64,000 bases of DNA from Sedimentisphaerales bacterium (lineage in GTDB: Bacteria > Planctomycetota > Phycisphaerae > Sedimentisphaerales > Anaerobacaceae): assembly GCA_963708075.1 (NCBI GenBank), contig OY970194.1, forward strand, positions 1,280,001 to 1,344,000, in the 5' to 3' direction. Under the pieces are notes generated by a model. The model was not told where the DNA came from. It did no database searches and was given only the letters and a program-made list of their open reading frames with translations. The position numbers and the translations under genes are program-made. Positions 52,278 through 60,728 of this stretch are shown here, in pieces; within the stretch, counting starts at the first letter, position 1, and each line of letters starts with the position of its first letter.

Positions 52278-53113
52278 GAATTGGCTTTGTTTTGCACAGC
52301 CGGCTCTTTGGCAGGACCGCCCGGCTTGCTGGTTCGATCTTTCCCAAATGCCCCACACGTCCCAAGTTTGGCTTTGTTCCGCATGGCGTGGCGGGCCTCC
52401 AGATTGCCCCATGCAAATTGGCTTTGTTTCACACCCCATGCCTCCCGGCCATTCGGTAGGGTGGGCTCTGCCCACCGCGGGTCCATCGGCGGGAATTGGC
52501 TTCGTTTCTGACCCGGTTCCAACGCATCACTTCTCTCGTAACCTCCTTTCAGGTCAATAGTTAGCGTCGCCACGACCGTCCATTGAATTGGCTTTGTTTG
52601 TCACAGTGGCTCTCACGTTCTTCAATCCGCATTCTGCAATCCGAAATCCGCAACCCCGGGGCTCCTGCCCCGAAATTGGCTTTGTTTGGCAGGGCCGGTC
52701 GTCGCTCCGGGCCGTCTCTGACCGCCTGTTCTCCACATATCACATGTCCCCCAAATTTGGCTTTGTTTCGCACAGTCGCCTCCTGTCGAACCGTCCCGCA
52801 TGCAATACCAATTCTCCCCCAAATATCCCATCCATCCCAGGTTTGGCTTTGTTTTGCGCAACAAGCCGCGCTCGTAGTGACGCCGTAAGGCGTTCGTGGC
52901 GAGGGCCCTTGTCTTCCTCCTATGGAGATTGGCTTTGTTTCGCATCATCGACCAATCAAGCATAACCCCTTTCTCACATAGGATTTCGGCTGATTCCGGT
53001 CCATGTGAATTGGCTTTGTTTCGCACAGCGTACTCCTTGCCTTCAATTCGCATTCCGCAATCCGAAATCCGCAATCGCAGGGCCCTTGGCCCCGAATTGG
53101 CTTTGTTTCGCAT
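52278..53113 (-). repeat. Array of 11 AAACAAAGCCAA core repeats (read TTGGCTTTGTTT on +) with modular spacers (not CRISPR)
   Basis: Cores start on + at 52281, 52368, 52418, 52496 (variant TTGGCTTCGTTT), 52588, 52676, 52757, 52843, 52929, 53010, 53097. Confidence 0.92.
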
Positions 53114-53169
53114 GACCCGGCGCCCGCTGACGCTGATGTGTGCCTGACCGGTCCCCGGCAGACCTTCGG

Positions 53170-53568
53170 GGGTGTGGTCGGAATTCGGTGGCGGCGTGTA
53201 GCTGCCGTGTGCGGACCGGGCCTCTTTCGTCCCTTACGGGACTGGCTTCTATCCTTGACCTCGGTTTCCCAGCGATGAATCGCTGGGCTATTCTCTATCG
53301 CCCTCCGGGCTTGGACGGCACCCGGACGGATCGATCACCATCCCGCAGGTGTTGCAGCTACTCTCTATCGCCCTGCGGGCGTGGACTGCGCTCCAGTCCT
53401 CTTGCGTCGGTCCATCCGCCCCACAGGGGCGATCGACAATAGCCCACCGTTTCAACGGTGGGTACCGATAGCCAATCCTATCCCAGAGCCCCGCAGGGGC
53501 GAAAGAAGACTGGGGGCGCTCCTTTGTCCGGCGGAATCGGAATCCGCCACCGAATGCCGACCGCACCC
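53170..53568. repeat. Nested inverted-repeat composite element (MITE/REP-like)
   Basis: 53170-53194 is the inverse of 53544-53568 (23/25). The triple-hairpin unit 53224-53310 is the inverse of 53418-53505. Confidence 0.75.
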
Positions 53569-53761
53569 GACCTTCGGAATCTTTGATTTTTGATGTTTGA
53601 TTTTTGACTTGCCCATGGCTCATACGGGCGTGCCCACAGATCGGCGATACTTGGTCGTAGGACCATATACTAGAGACGCTCGCCGAGCCGGATTGTTCCA
53701 GGAATTTCTGTTGAATAGTGAAATACTTCAGACCTTTTTGCGGTCCTGACCCCGTCTGTTT

Positions 53762-53812
53762 GTAGTGACGCCGCAAGGCGTCTCCTGGATGATGCCCTTG
53801 CGGGCACACTAC
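53762..53812. repeat. GTAG-type REP doublet
   Basis: GTAGTGACGCC-GCAA-GGCGT ... ATGCCC-TTGC-GGGCACACTAC; homologous to 1920-1971. Confidence 0.8.
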
Positions 53813-54182
53813 AAGCGCACCGGCCAAGCCTGTCTCCTGTCCTCCGCCAGAATCCATCTGCCACGTCGGGCAACCTGCCGGTGGATGAGTTTTGCGCGTT
53901 GGGGTCACCAGCATGATAGATCGCTCGCGCAGGCGCCAAGCAACGCCTGGAACAGGGCTCCAGCCCGAGCCATGCTGGAGGCCAAAAGCGGCAAACTCCC
54001 GTCGCGAAGCGACGGAACCGACAGGCCCGCCTCATGACTCTGGGCACAGGCAATCCGCCCGGCCTCGCCCGGACCAGGTCCTGCTCACCTGTCACGACTC
54101 GCTAATCTCTTGTCACGCCGGGACCTCCTGCCTTTCTATCCTGGGGCCTGTCCGGAGAGGGGGAGAAGTGGTCCGGGCGCTC

Positions 54183-54204
54183 GTAGGGTGGGTCCTTGAC
54201 CCAC
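54183..54204 (+). repeat. GTAG-type REP hairpin
   Basis: GTAG-GGTGGGTC-CTT-GACCCAC; similar to GTAG-GGTGGGC-TCT-GCCCACC at 52456-52476. Confidence 0.65.
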
Positions 54205-54459
54205 GCGGTTATCTTCCTGGAATCCTCGCCCGCCCGCTTGACCCGCCCGGCCGGACAAGCTACAATAGCGGATGACAGTTGGAGCGAATCGCATGGTGGC
54301 AGTGCACGAGACGGACAGAATTAGGAACTTGCCCGGTATGCGTGGGGCAGCGCCCGGTCCATGCTGACGGGCGGGATGCGACGAAATAAGCCGTCCCCCA
54401 GAGTCCGTGAACCAAAAAAGTACCGTACCCGTTTAATTCCCCGGAACTTCCCGAGATAG

Positions 54460-55128
54460 TCACAGCCTGCTCCTGTCCTTTTCTGCTTGCAGGGCGTTCT
54501 CGATCTTTGATAGCTCTTGGTGTGAGTACTCTACCCTGTGGTCGATCTTACCGTTGTCCCCCTGCAACATGTGTCCGATGGTAACAGGCCCAACAGTCCA
54601 CTCGGAATACCATGTGCCGACACCCATGGCTATCCCTGTGCCCCATCGCTCTGGATCTTCGCGATAGGAAGTGGACTGCCAGATTCTCTTGGACTCCACC
54701 GGTTCACCATACTTCTCTCTGAGTTTTGCCTCAATGACTTCAAACTCGGTACAATACCAATTCGCATTTGAATGCTGTGTCAGAAATGAATAGCGCCCTC
54801 GAACGAATGTGTCAGATGCGAAAAGGTAAATGCAGCCTACCTCCAGACCGCCAATGCTGTCGTGAAACCCCATTCCCTTCTCGTTCTCATACATTGGCTC
54901 ACGTGCCTCGGCCTCTTTGATTCTTGCCCTACTGGCACCCCAGGGCACACCCCGGAAAAGGATGGTGTTCGGCTCAGCAACCGCCTTGGCTGCCCAAGTT
55001 CCATCGGTGTAGAGGATAACCCTCATCCCTGAAAATGTGATTGCCTCCTCTCGAACCGTCTTCTCTGTGTCAGCGACGGTGACCATCGTGAGCGACAAGA
55101 CACACAGGCAAATGGCTACGCGAGTCAT
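54460..55128 (-). CDS. Hypothetical secreted protein
   Basis: Signal peptide; VILYTDGTW, FRGVPWG, LREKYGEP; AT-richer codon usage. Confidence 0.7.
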   Translation of the reverse strand: MTRVAICLCVLSLTMVTVADTEKTVREEAITFSGMRVILYTDGTWAAKAVAEPNTILFRGVPWGASRARIKEAEAREPMYENEKGMGFHDSIGGLEVGCIYLFASDTFVRGRYSFLTQHSNANWYCTEFEVIEAKLREKYGEPVESKRIWQSTSYREDPERWGTGIAMGVGTWYSEWTVGPVTIGHMLQGDNGKIDHRVEYSHQELSKIENALQAEKDRSRL

Positions 55129-55191
55129 GCATTCTGCTCCTTCCCTCGTCATTTCGTATTTCCCAGCGGGCACGATGCAGAAGGGCACCCG

Positions 55192-56115
55192 CTACTTTGC
55201 GTAGAACGGCTCTATTTCAGGTGGTTGGTATGTAGCGTACTCAACTCCGTCCGCTACGGTCATAAGCCCTCTCAGGCTTTCGCGGGCACCCTCTACCTCG
55301 TGGAGTTTCGGCATATGAAGGTCGAATGGCATCTGTGGGGAGATGCCAATAACCTGAGTCAACATTGCCCGAATAAACGCGCTGTCATGGTCAGGACACA
55401 CTATGGCCGACTCGCCAGCGGCTCGGGCGAAGTAGTAATTGAGGACATGAGCCTCACCCCTTTCCAATTGCATGGCTGTATGCGAAGGATTGCCGGGCGT
55501 TATGTCCTCATAAGGATTCCAGTCATCTGGCATAGAGCAGGCGACGAAGCAGCACCGAGGACTGAGCGGGTAGTAGAGGACTGACTTAGGCGATATTAGA
55601 AAACCGGTCACGTATACGGGATTATCTGTTCTGATGAAGAAGTCATCAGGGTGCGCAACCAAGATGGTCCAGTCTCTTCCAGCAACCTCGCGAAGGTCCA
55701 GGCACTCCTCGCAGCCGACACGATCATGCGATGGTTGCTCCCTTACACCTGTGAGTTGCTTTGCAGTCTCCTCGTAGCGCATGAACGTTGGCGTACGCAC
55801 AAACTGGGAACGAAGGAACTGCGACCACTTAAGACGCGATTGTGCATCTAGTGACCGCCCGCGGAGCAGTGCGTCATAGATGAGCGATGCAGGGGTCTCC
55901 AACTCGTGGTGGAGCGCATATTCGACACGATCCGTGTACAGTCTGCGCAGGCGACCCCACTGCCTCCACCCGTTCGCGGTCTGACTCACTCTCCCCTTGT
56001 GATAGTCACGATAATAACAGACATAGTGTTTGTTCGCCGCCCAGTGCTCGTTCGCAAACGCAGGAGAGAAATGGTTGTTATTAACTCGAGGCCACCGCGA
56101 GTTGCACGCACACAT
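55192..56115 (-). CDS. DUF4238-like protein
   Basis: N-terminal NNHFSP, QFVRTP, FIRTDNPV, YYPLSP; start uncertain. Confidence 0.6.
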   Translation of the reverse strand: MCACNSRWPRVNNNHFSPAFANEHWAANKHYVCYYRDYHKGRVSQTANGWRQWGRLRRLYTDRVEYALHHELETPASLIYDALLRGRSLDAQSRLKWSQFLRSQFVRTPTFMRYEETAKQLTGVREQPSHDRVGCEECLDLREVAGRDWTILVAHPDDFFIRTDNPVYVTGFLISPKSVLYYPLSPRCCFVACSMPDDWNPYEDITPGNPSHTAMQLERGEAHVLNYYFARAAGESAIVCPDHDSAFIRAMLTQVIGISPQMPFDLHMPKLHEVEGARESLRGLMTVADGVEYATYQPPEIEPFYAK

Positions 56116-56392
56116 TTCTGTTCTTCTCCCAACAGTTACTTGAATTGGGGACAACCGCCGAGTGTCGCCTTGCTCTGTCCTGTTTTACCCGACACTTGGA
56201 CTGGCACAACCATCCAACTCATCTTGACCTCAGCGGGTGCGCCCAACGTAGCGGAACCGCCAACCACTTCGTCGCCGCTTCATCAAGTATCACGAAATGG
56301 GTCGAGGGAGGCAAGAGAAAACGCAGGGCAGCCCGGCGTGGAAATTCGAAATTCCAGGCCGGGGAGGAAGGAGGGGCGGATCTGGCGGATCT

Positions 56393-56437
56393 GGGGACAC
56401 AATACTTAATTCTCCACGAAGTAAGTAATGTGTCCTC
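56393..56437. repeat. Inverted repeat with GGGGACAC end
   Basis: GGGGACACAATACTTA ... TAAGTAATGTGTCCTC (14/16). Confidence 0.65.
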
Positions 56438-56552
56438 GGAATCCCTTTTGAGGCCGGGGCACGCGTGGTAGAATAGTGCATGCGGTACGGACGACCCAAT
56501 GCAATACGCCAACGGAGTGCGGAGAAGAAACACGGTTTCGGAGGACAGAGAG

Positions 56553-57324
56553 ATGAAAGCAATTTATTGGCAGGCCTTTATTCCGCTTATGGCCATTCTG
56601 GCTGTCGCCCCAATTGCTCAGGGCAAGCTGTCGCGCATTCGAGACCCTTGCTGGCACGTTCGAAGTCGGTGGCAGCGTGTATATCGACGACATTTGGGCA
56701 GCCGAATACCCGGAGTTGAATCTGCCATACTCCGACGGTTTTCACGTGGTCGATAGTCAACCGGTATCTGGCTCAGCTCAATACGTATTGCCCGGAACCG
56801 TGGTTCCCTTGGAGGGCGTCTTCTGTGAGGCGAGCTATGAGAGAATCGCCACCATTTATGAGCATGGAGTAATGGTGTTCAGCGACGAGGGTTCTGGGGG
56901 CGTGGCAATTAGCGATTATCTCTTTCGACCACGGCATTCCTCTGTCTATGAAGTGACCTTCAGCGGCTTCTTGACCCCAGTGGGAATGCACATACCGCAC
57001 GATTGGTTCGAATTGTATCTGACCGATACAACTACCGGCGAGGCTCTCATCGATGTCCGTGGGCCGTTCCACGGGCCATGGGCCGAACTATTCAGTTACT
57101 CTTGGGATACAGAGCACGAAGAGACGTTCAAGTTCCGTTTCTTCGATTCACACACGTATCGCCTGAAGATGCTGATTCAACCCTTCTCTACTTTGTGGGA
57201 CAATCCCAGCATAGGCGGTGAAATGAACGTATCAATGAAGCCAATTCCTGCTCCTGGCGCGGCCCTACTTGGTACTCTCGGTGTCAGTCTCGTTGCATGG
57301 CTGCGCAAGCGTCACAGCTTATAG
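56553..57324 (+). CDS. PEP-CTERM-like (IPAP variant) surface protein, frameshifted at ~56620-56640
   Basis: GGAGG RBS and signal peptide MKAIYWQAFIPLMAILAVAPIAQ in one frame; body and IPAPGAALLGTLGVSLVAWLRKR sorting signal in ORF 56614..57324. Confidence 0.8.
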
Positions 57325-57540
57325 AAGACATCTTACCAGCGAGACCTCAGTACAGGACCGCCGCCGGGATGGCAGTGCTGTCTCGTCTGTGAAGGGAAGA
57401 AAAGAAGGGGTCAAGAAGCTTTGGATTTAGGTGTCGCCAGGAGCTGGCACAGCTTTGGAGAGGATTCGGGGTCAACTCTCGGCGCTTGACGGTCGGCACG
57501 GACTGTCCGAGGTCGGGGTGGGAAGCCGGTCCATAATTGA

Positions 57541-57674
57541 TGATGGATGATTGTTGATTGATGATTGGGAGGAAGAAAGAGGGTATCGCGCAAAGACGCA
57601 GAGAGCGCCAAGAAACGACGAAACGCAGGAGCCTTCTTGAACGGTTTCCTTGGCGTGCTTGGCGTCTTGGTGCG
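57541..57674. repeat. Heptamer tract plus 9-mer-based inverted repeat
   Basis: TGATGGA TGATTGT TGATTGA TGATTGG; then TCGCGCAAAGACGCAGAGAGCGCCAAG ... CTTGGCGTGCTTGGCGTCTTGGTGCGA. Confidence 0.7.
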
Positions 57675-57712
57675 AGGTAATCACGGTTCCGGCTGGAAGC
57701 CGGGCTGGGCAG

Positions 57713-57952
57713 TCATGGTCTATGCGCTCGGGTCCGACGTTGGCTGTCAGAGGACAAGAGCTTCTTGCGAGTTTTCGGGCCGACCTTTTCGGGCACGACG
57801 GTCTCGGCACACAACGGAGCGAGCAGAGGGTCGCGGAGGACCTCCTCGTGGGTCCTTTGCCGCTTTTGTGCCCAGGTCAAGGCCGCATCTTCTTCATCGA
57901 TCTGTGTTCGCCGCTGGCGCATCCATGCCACGGCGTCAAATCTCTTCTTCAT
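57713..57952 (-). CDS. Small protein, putative antitoxin partner of the PIN gene
   Basis: MKKRFDAVAWMRQRR...; overlaps the PIN gene end by 17 nt. Confidence 0.6.
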   Translation of the reverse strand: MKKRFDAVAWMRQRRTQIDEEDAALTWAQKRQRTHEEVLRDPLLAPLCAETVVPEKVGPKTRKKLLSSDSQRRTRAHRP

Positions 57953-58406
57953 TGAGCAGCATCTCCTTTGGAGAGCGGATTTCTATCGGCCGATAGCCCT
58001 TCTCCATGCTTACGGCATTGAACAACCGTATTCTACCAAGATTGACGATGTGTTTGAAGTTCCAACTCACCAGGACATCACACTCGCTCACCACGGCCAG
58101 AGCTACGTGCAGGCAATCCGCACGGCTTCCGGGCCCGACGATCCGGTGTTCCAGATAGGCTTCTGCCAAGGCGTAGGCTTCGTCGTTATCCGCCAGGAGG
58201 ATCCGGTGCTCTTGCGGTACTTCCGGCGGTCGTCTACGGACCCGTTCGGGGGCACCCGCCAATTCGCGGAGCGTGTGTTCGGACAGAACCATCACATATC
58301 GGCCTTCGATGAAAAGCCGCCACAAGGTCAGACTGTCTTCGGCAAACTCGACATCGTCACAACCGCCGACGACAGAGGCATCGACATAGACCAGCATCTT
58401 CTTCAT
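57936..58406 (-). CDS. PIN domain protein (VapC-like toxin)
   Basis: C-terminal part of track ORF 57936..59216, from ATG 58406: VYVDASV, RELAGAP, DCLHVA, SWNFKHIVN. Confidence 0.85.
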   Translation of the reverse strand: MKKMLVYVDASVVGGCDDVEFAEDSLTLWRLFIEGRYVMVLSEHTLRELAGAPERVRRRPPEVPQEHRILLADNDEAYALAEAYLEHRIVGPGSRADCLHVALAVVSECDVLVSWNFKHIVNLGRIRLFNAVSMEKGYRPIEIRSPKEMLLNEEEI

Positions 58407-58533
58407 CTGCCTGCTCACAGTCCATACTGTACGCCACCTTGGAGCGGTCTGCAAGAGTCTGCCACTGTGTTTCGGATTTCCTGCTTTGTGCTTTCTTGCT
58501 GGTGTGTCCTGTGTACTGCGGCGTGGGATGGCG

Positions 58534-58539
58534 TATAAT
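58534..58539 (+). promoter_or_regulatory. Candidate sigma70 -10 box for mutS2
   Basis: Perfect TATAAT about 85 nt upstream of the start codon. Confidence 0.4.
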
Positions 58540-58622
58540 GGCGCCGGAAGTATGGTTGTGGAACAGGTTGATATACGCGGCGTGCGGGGCGGCTTGGCCC
58601 GGCGGCTGCGGGATCGGGGCCG

Positions 58623-60722
58623 ATGGCAGGCAGAAGAATAGACGAACATACGCTGAGAGTGCTCGAATTCGAGGATGTGAAGAACCTTCTGGCGTCGTTT
58701 GCGGCCAGTGATTTGGGCCGGGACGCGGCAAGGGCGCTGTATCCGTCGGTCGATCTGCGATGGGCGAAGGCGCGCGTCGCGGAGACGGCCGAGTTGGGGG
58801 CGGTGCTGGAGCGTGGCGAACGGGTGCCGATGGCCGGCCTGCGCGATATCCGGCCGACGCTCAAGGAGTTCGGCAAGAAGCAAACGGTGCTTGAGCCTGC
58901 CCAGTTGCTTGAGATTTCCGACACGCTGGCGGCCAGCGGCAGGCTGAGGCTGTTCCTCACGAATCTGGAGCCATCGCAGAGCAGCCACCTGCACGCTATG
59001 GGCGAGAAACTCGGCGATTTTCAGGCCATCGTGGATGAGGTCAGCCGGTGCATCGGCGGCGATAAGCGCGTGCGCGACGACGCTTCGGATAAGCTCAAGG
59101 AGATCCGCCGCAAGATGGCGGAGTTGAGCGAAGCCATCCACCATCGGTTTTTGAGTATTGTCTCTTCGCCTTCGCTGCGTCGGGCGGTCGAGAACGACAA
59201 TTTCCTGCTGCGTCACGGCCGGCCCGTCGTCGCGCTAAAAGCCAATTACCGCACCGCTTTGCGAGGCACGGTTCTGGATCGTTCGAACACCGGGGCCACC
59301 CTGTACGTCGAGCCGGACGAGCTGGTCGAGTTGAGCAACGAGATGGAGGACGCGGTCTTCGAGGAGAAGAAGGAGATCGGCCGCATCCTGTGGCTCCTCA
59401 CGAAGATGGTCCTCGATCAGCAGGAGGCTATCCTTGACAGCGTAAAGACGCTCGCCCTGGTTGATTTGACCTATGCGAAGGCGAGATTCGGTATCGCCTA
59501 CGGTATGCACCCGCCGGACCTCAATCCCGGTGCTTCGCTGCAGCTTCGCCAGGCCCGGCATCCTCTGCTGCTGCATGTGGCAAGCCGGCAAAAGGGGTGC
59601 GAGGTGCGCGAGCTGACCGATGAGATCGTGCCCATCGACGCCCGTCTGGGCGAGGACTTCGACCTGCTCCTGATCACCGGGCCCAACACCGGCGGCAAGA
59701 CCGTGGTTCTCAAGACCATCGGCCTGCTGACCGTCATGGCCCAGAGCGGCATGCACATCCCGGCCCTCGCGGGATCGCAGGTCTCCGTCTTTCGGCAGGT
59801 CTATGCGGATATCGGCGACGAGCAGAGCATCGAGCAGAGCCTGAGCACGTTCTCCGCCCACATGCGACAAGTCGTCAAGATTCTGAACGAGACGAACGAC
59901 GGCACGCTGGTCCTGCTCGACGAGCTTGGTGCGGGGACCGACCCAATCGAGGGGGCTGTATTGGCCACGGCTGTGCTGGACAAGCTGCTCGAAAAAGGCG
60001 CGAAGGTCGTGGTGACCACCCATCTGGGGCAACTCAAGTCCTACGCCTACAGCACGCCGCGGGCACAGAACGCCTCGGTGCAGTTCGATAGCGAAACCCT
60101 GGAGCCCACGTTTCGATTGATGATCGGTACGCCGGGCAGCAGCAATGCGCTGGTCATCGCCAAACGCCTGGGCATGCCCAACTCCGTCATCGTCGAGGCG
60201 AGCTCCTCGCTGGAAAAGGAATCCGACGGTACCTCTGATCTGATCAACCAGATTCAGGCGACCCGCGAAGATTCCGAGCGCAAACGCTCCGAGGCCCAGT
60301 CGATGCTCGACGAGGCCAAGGCAGTGCGCTCCGAGGCCGCCGAGAGACTGCAGCAAGTGGAAGAGGAAGGCCGGCGGCTTAAGGAGCAGGCAGACCAGGA
60401 GATCGACGATTCCATGCGGGCGGTTCGCCGCGTGATCGATGAGTTCGCCGCCGAGATGCAAAACGCCCCGAGCCTGTGGCAGCAGAAGGCCCAGGGGTTG
60501 GTCGAGAAGACAGCCGAACTTGCGGCCGGGACGCCCCTGGCGACGCGCCATGCAGCCTTCATCGAGACCCTGCACAGGGGCGACAGCGTCTACGTGATTC
60601 CCTTCCGGCGCGAAGGCATCGTGGAACGCGTGCGCAAGAAGCGGGGGACAATCGAGGTCTTCGTCGACAGCAAGCAGGTCGAGGTACCCTTCGCAGAAGT
60701 CTCAAAACCGCAGCAGGCGTAA
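58623..60722 (+). CDS. mutS2: MutS2 family ATPase lacking the C-terminal Smr domain
   Basis: TLRVLEF, SNTGATLYVEP, ARHPLL, TGPNTGGKT, QSLSTFS, LLDELGAGTDP, coiled coil, KOW-like end. Confidence 0.9.
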   Translation: MAGRRIDEHTLRVLEFEDVKNLLASFAASDLGRDAARALYPSVDLRWAKARVAETAELGAVLERGERVPMAGLRDIRPTLKEFGKKQTVLEPAQLLEISDTLAASGRLRLFLTNLEPSQSSHLHAMGEKLGDFQAIVDEVSRCIGGDKRVRDDASDKLKEIRRKMAELSEAIHHRFLSIVSSPSLRRAVENDNFLLRHGRPVVALKANYRTALRGTVLDRSNTGATLYVEPDELVELSNEMEDAVFEEKKEIGRILWLLTKMVLDQQEAILDSVKTLALVDLTYAKARFGIAYGMHPPDLNPGASLQLRQARHPLLLHVASRQKGCEVRELTDEIVPIDARLGEDFDLLLITGPNTGGKTVVLKTIGLLTVMAQSGMHIPALAGSQVSVFRQVYADIGDEQSIEQSLSTFSAHMRQVVKILNETNDGTLVLLDELGAGTDPIEGAVLATAVLDKLLEKGAKVVVTTHLGQLKSYAYSTPRAQNASVQFDSETLEPTFRLMIGTPGSSNALVIAKRLGMPNSVIVEASSSLEKESDGTSDLINQIQATREDSERKRSEAQSMLDEAKAVRSEAAERLQQVEEEGRRLKEQADQEIDDSMRAVRRVIDEFAAEMQNAPSLWQQKAQGLVEKTAELAAGTPLATRHAAFIETLHRGDSVYVIPFRREGIVERVRKKRGTIEVFVDSKQVEVPFAEVSKPQQA

Positions 60723-60728
60723 CGAACG

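Noticed and set aside
52278..53113. CRISPR array call for either repeat array
   Set aside because: The conserved core is only about 12-20 nt. Spacers vary from 35 to 113 nt across the two arrays and are homologous to each other. No leader or cas gene is visible.
58407..59216. N-terminal 270 aa of track ORF 57936..59216
   Set aside because: Mostly antisense to mutS2; the PIN domain starts at ATG 58406.
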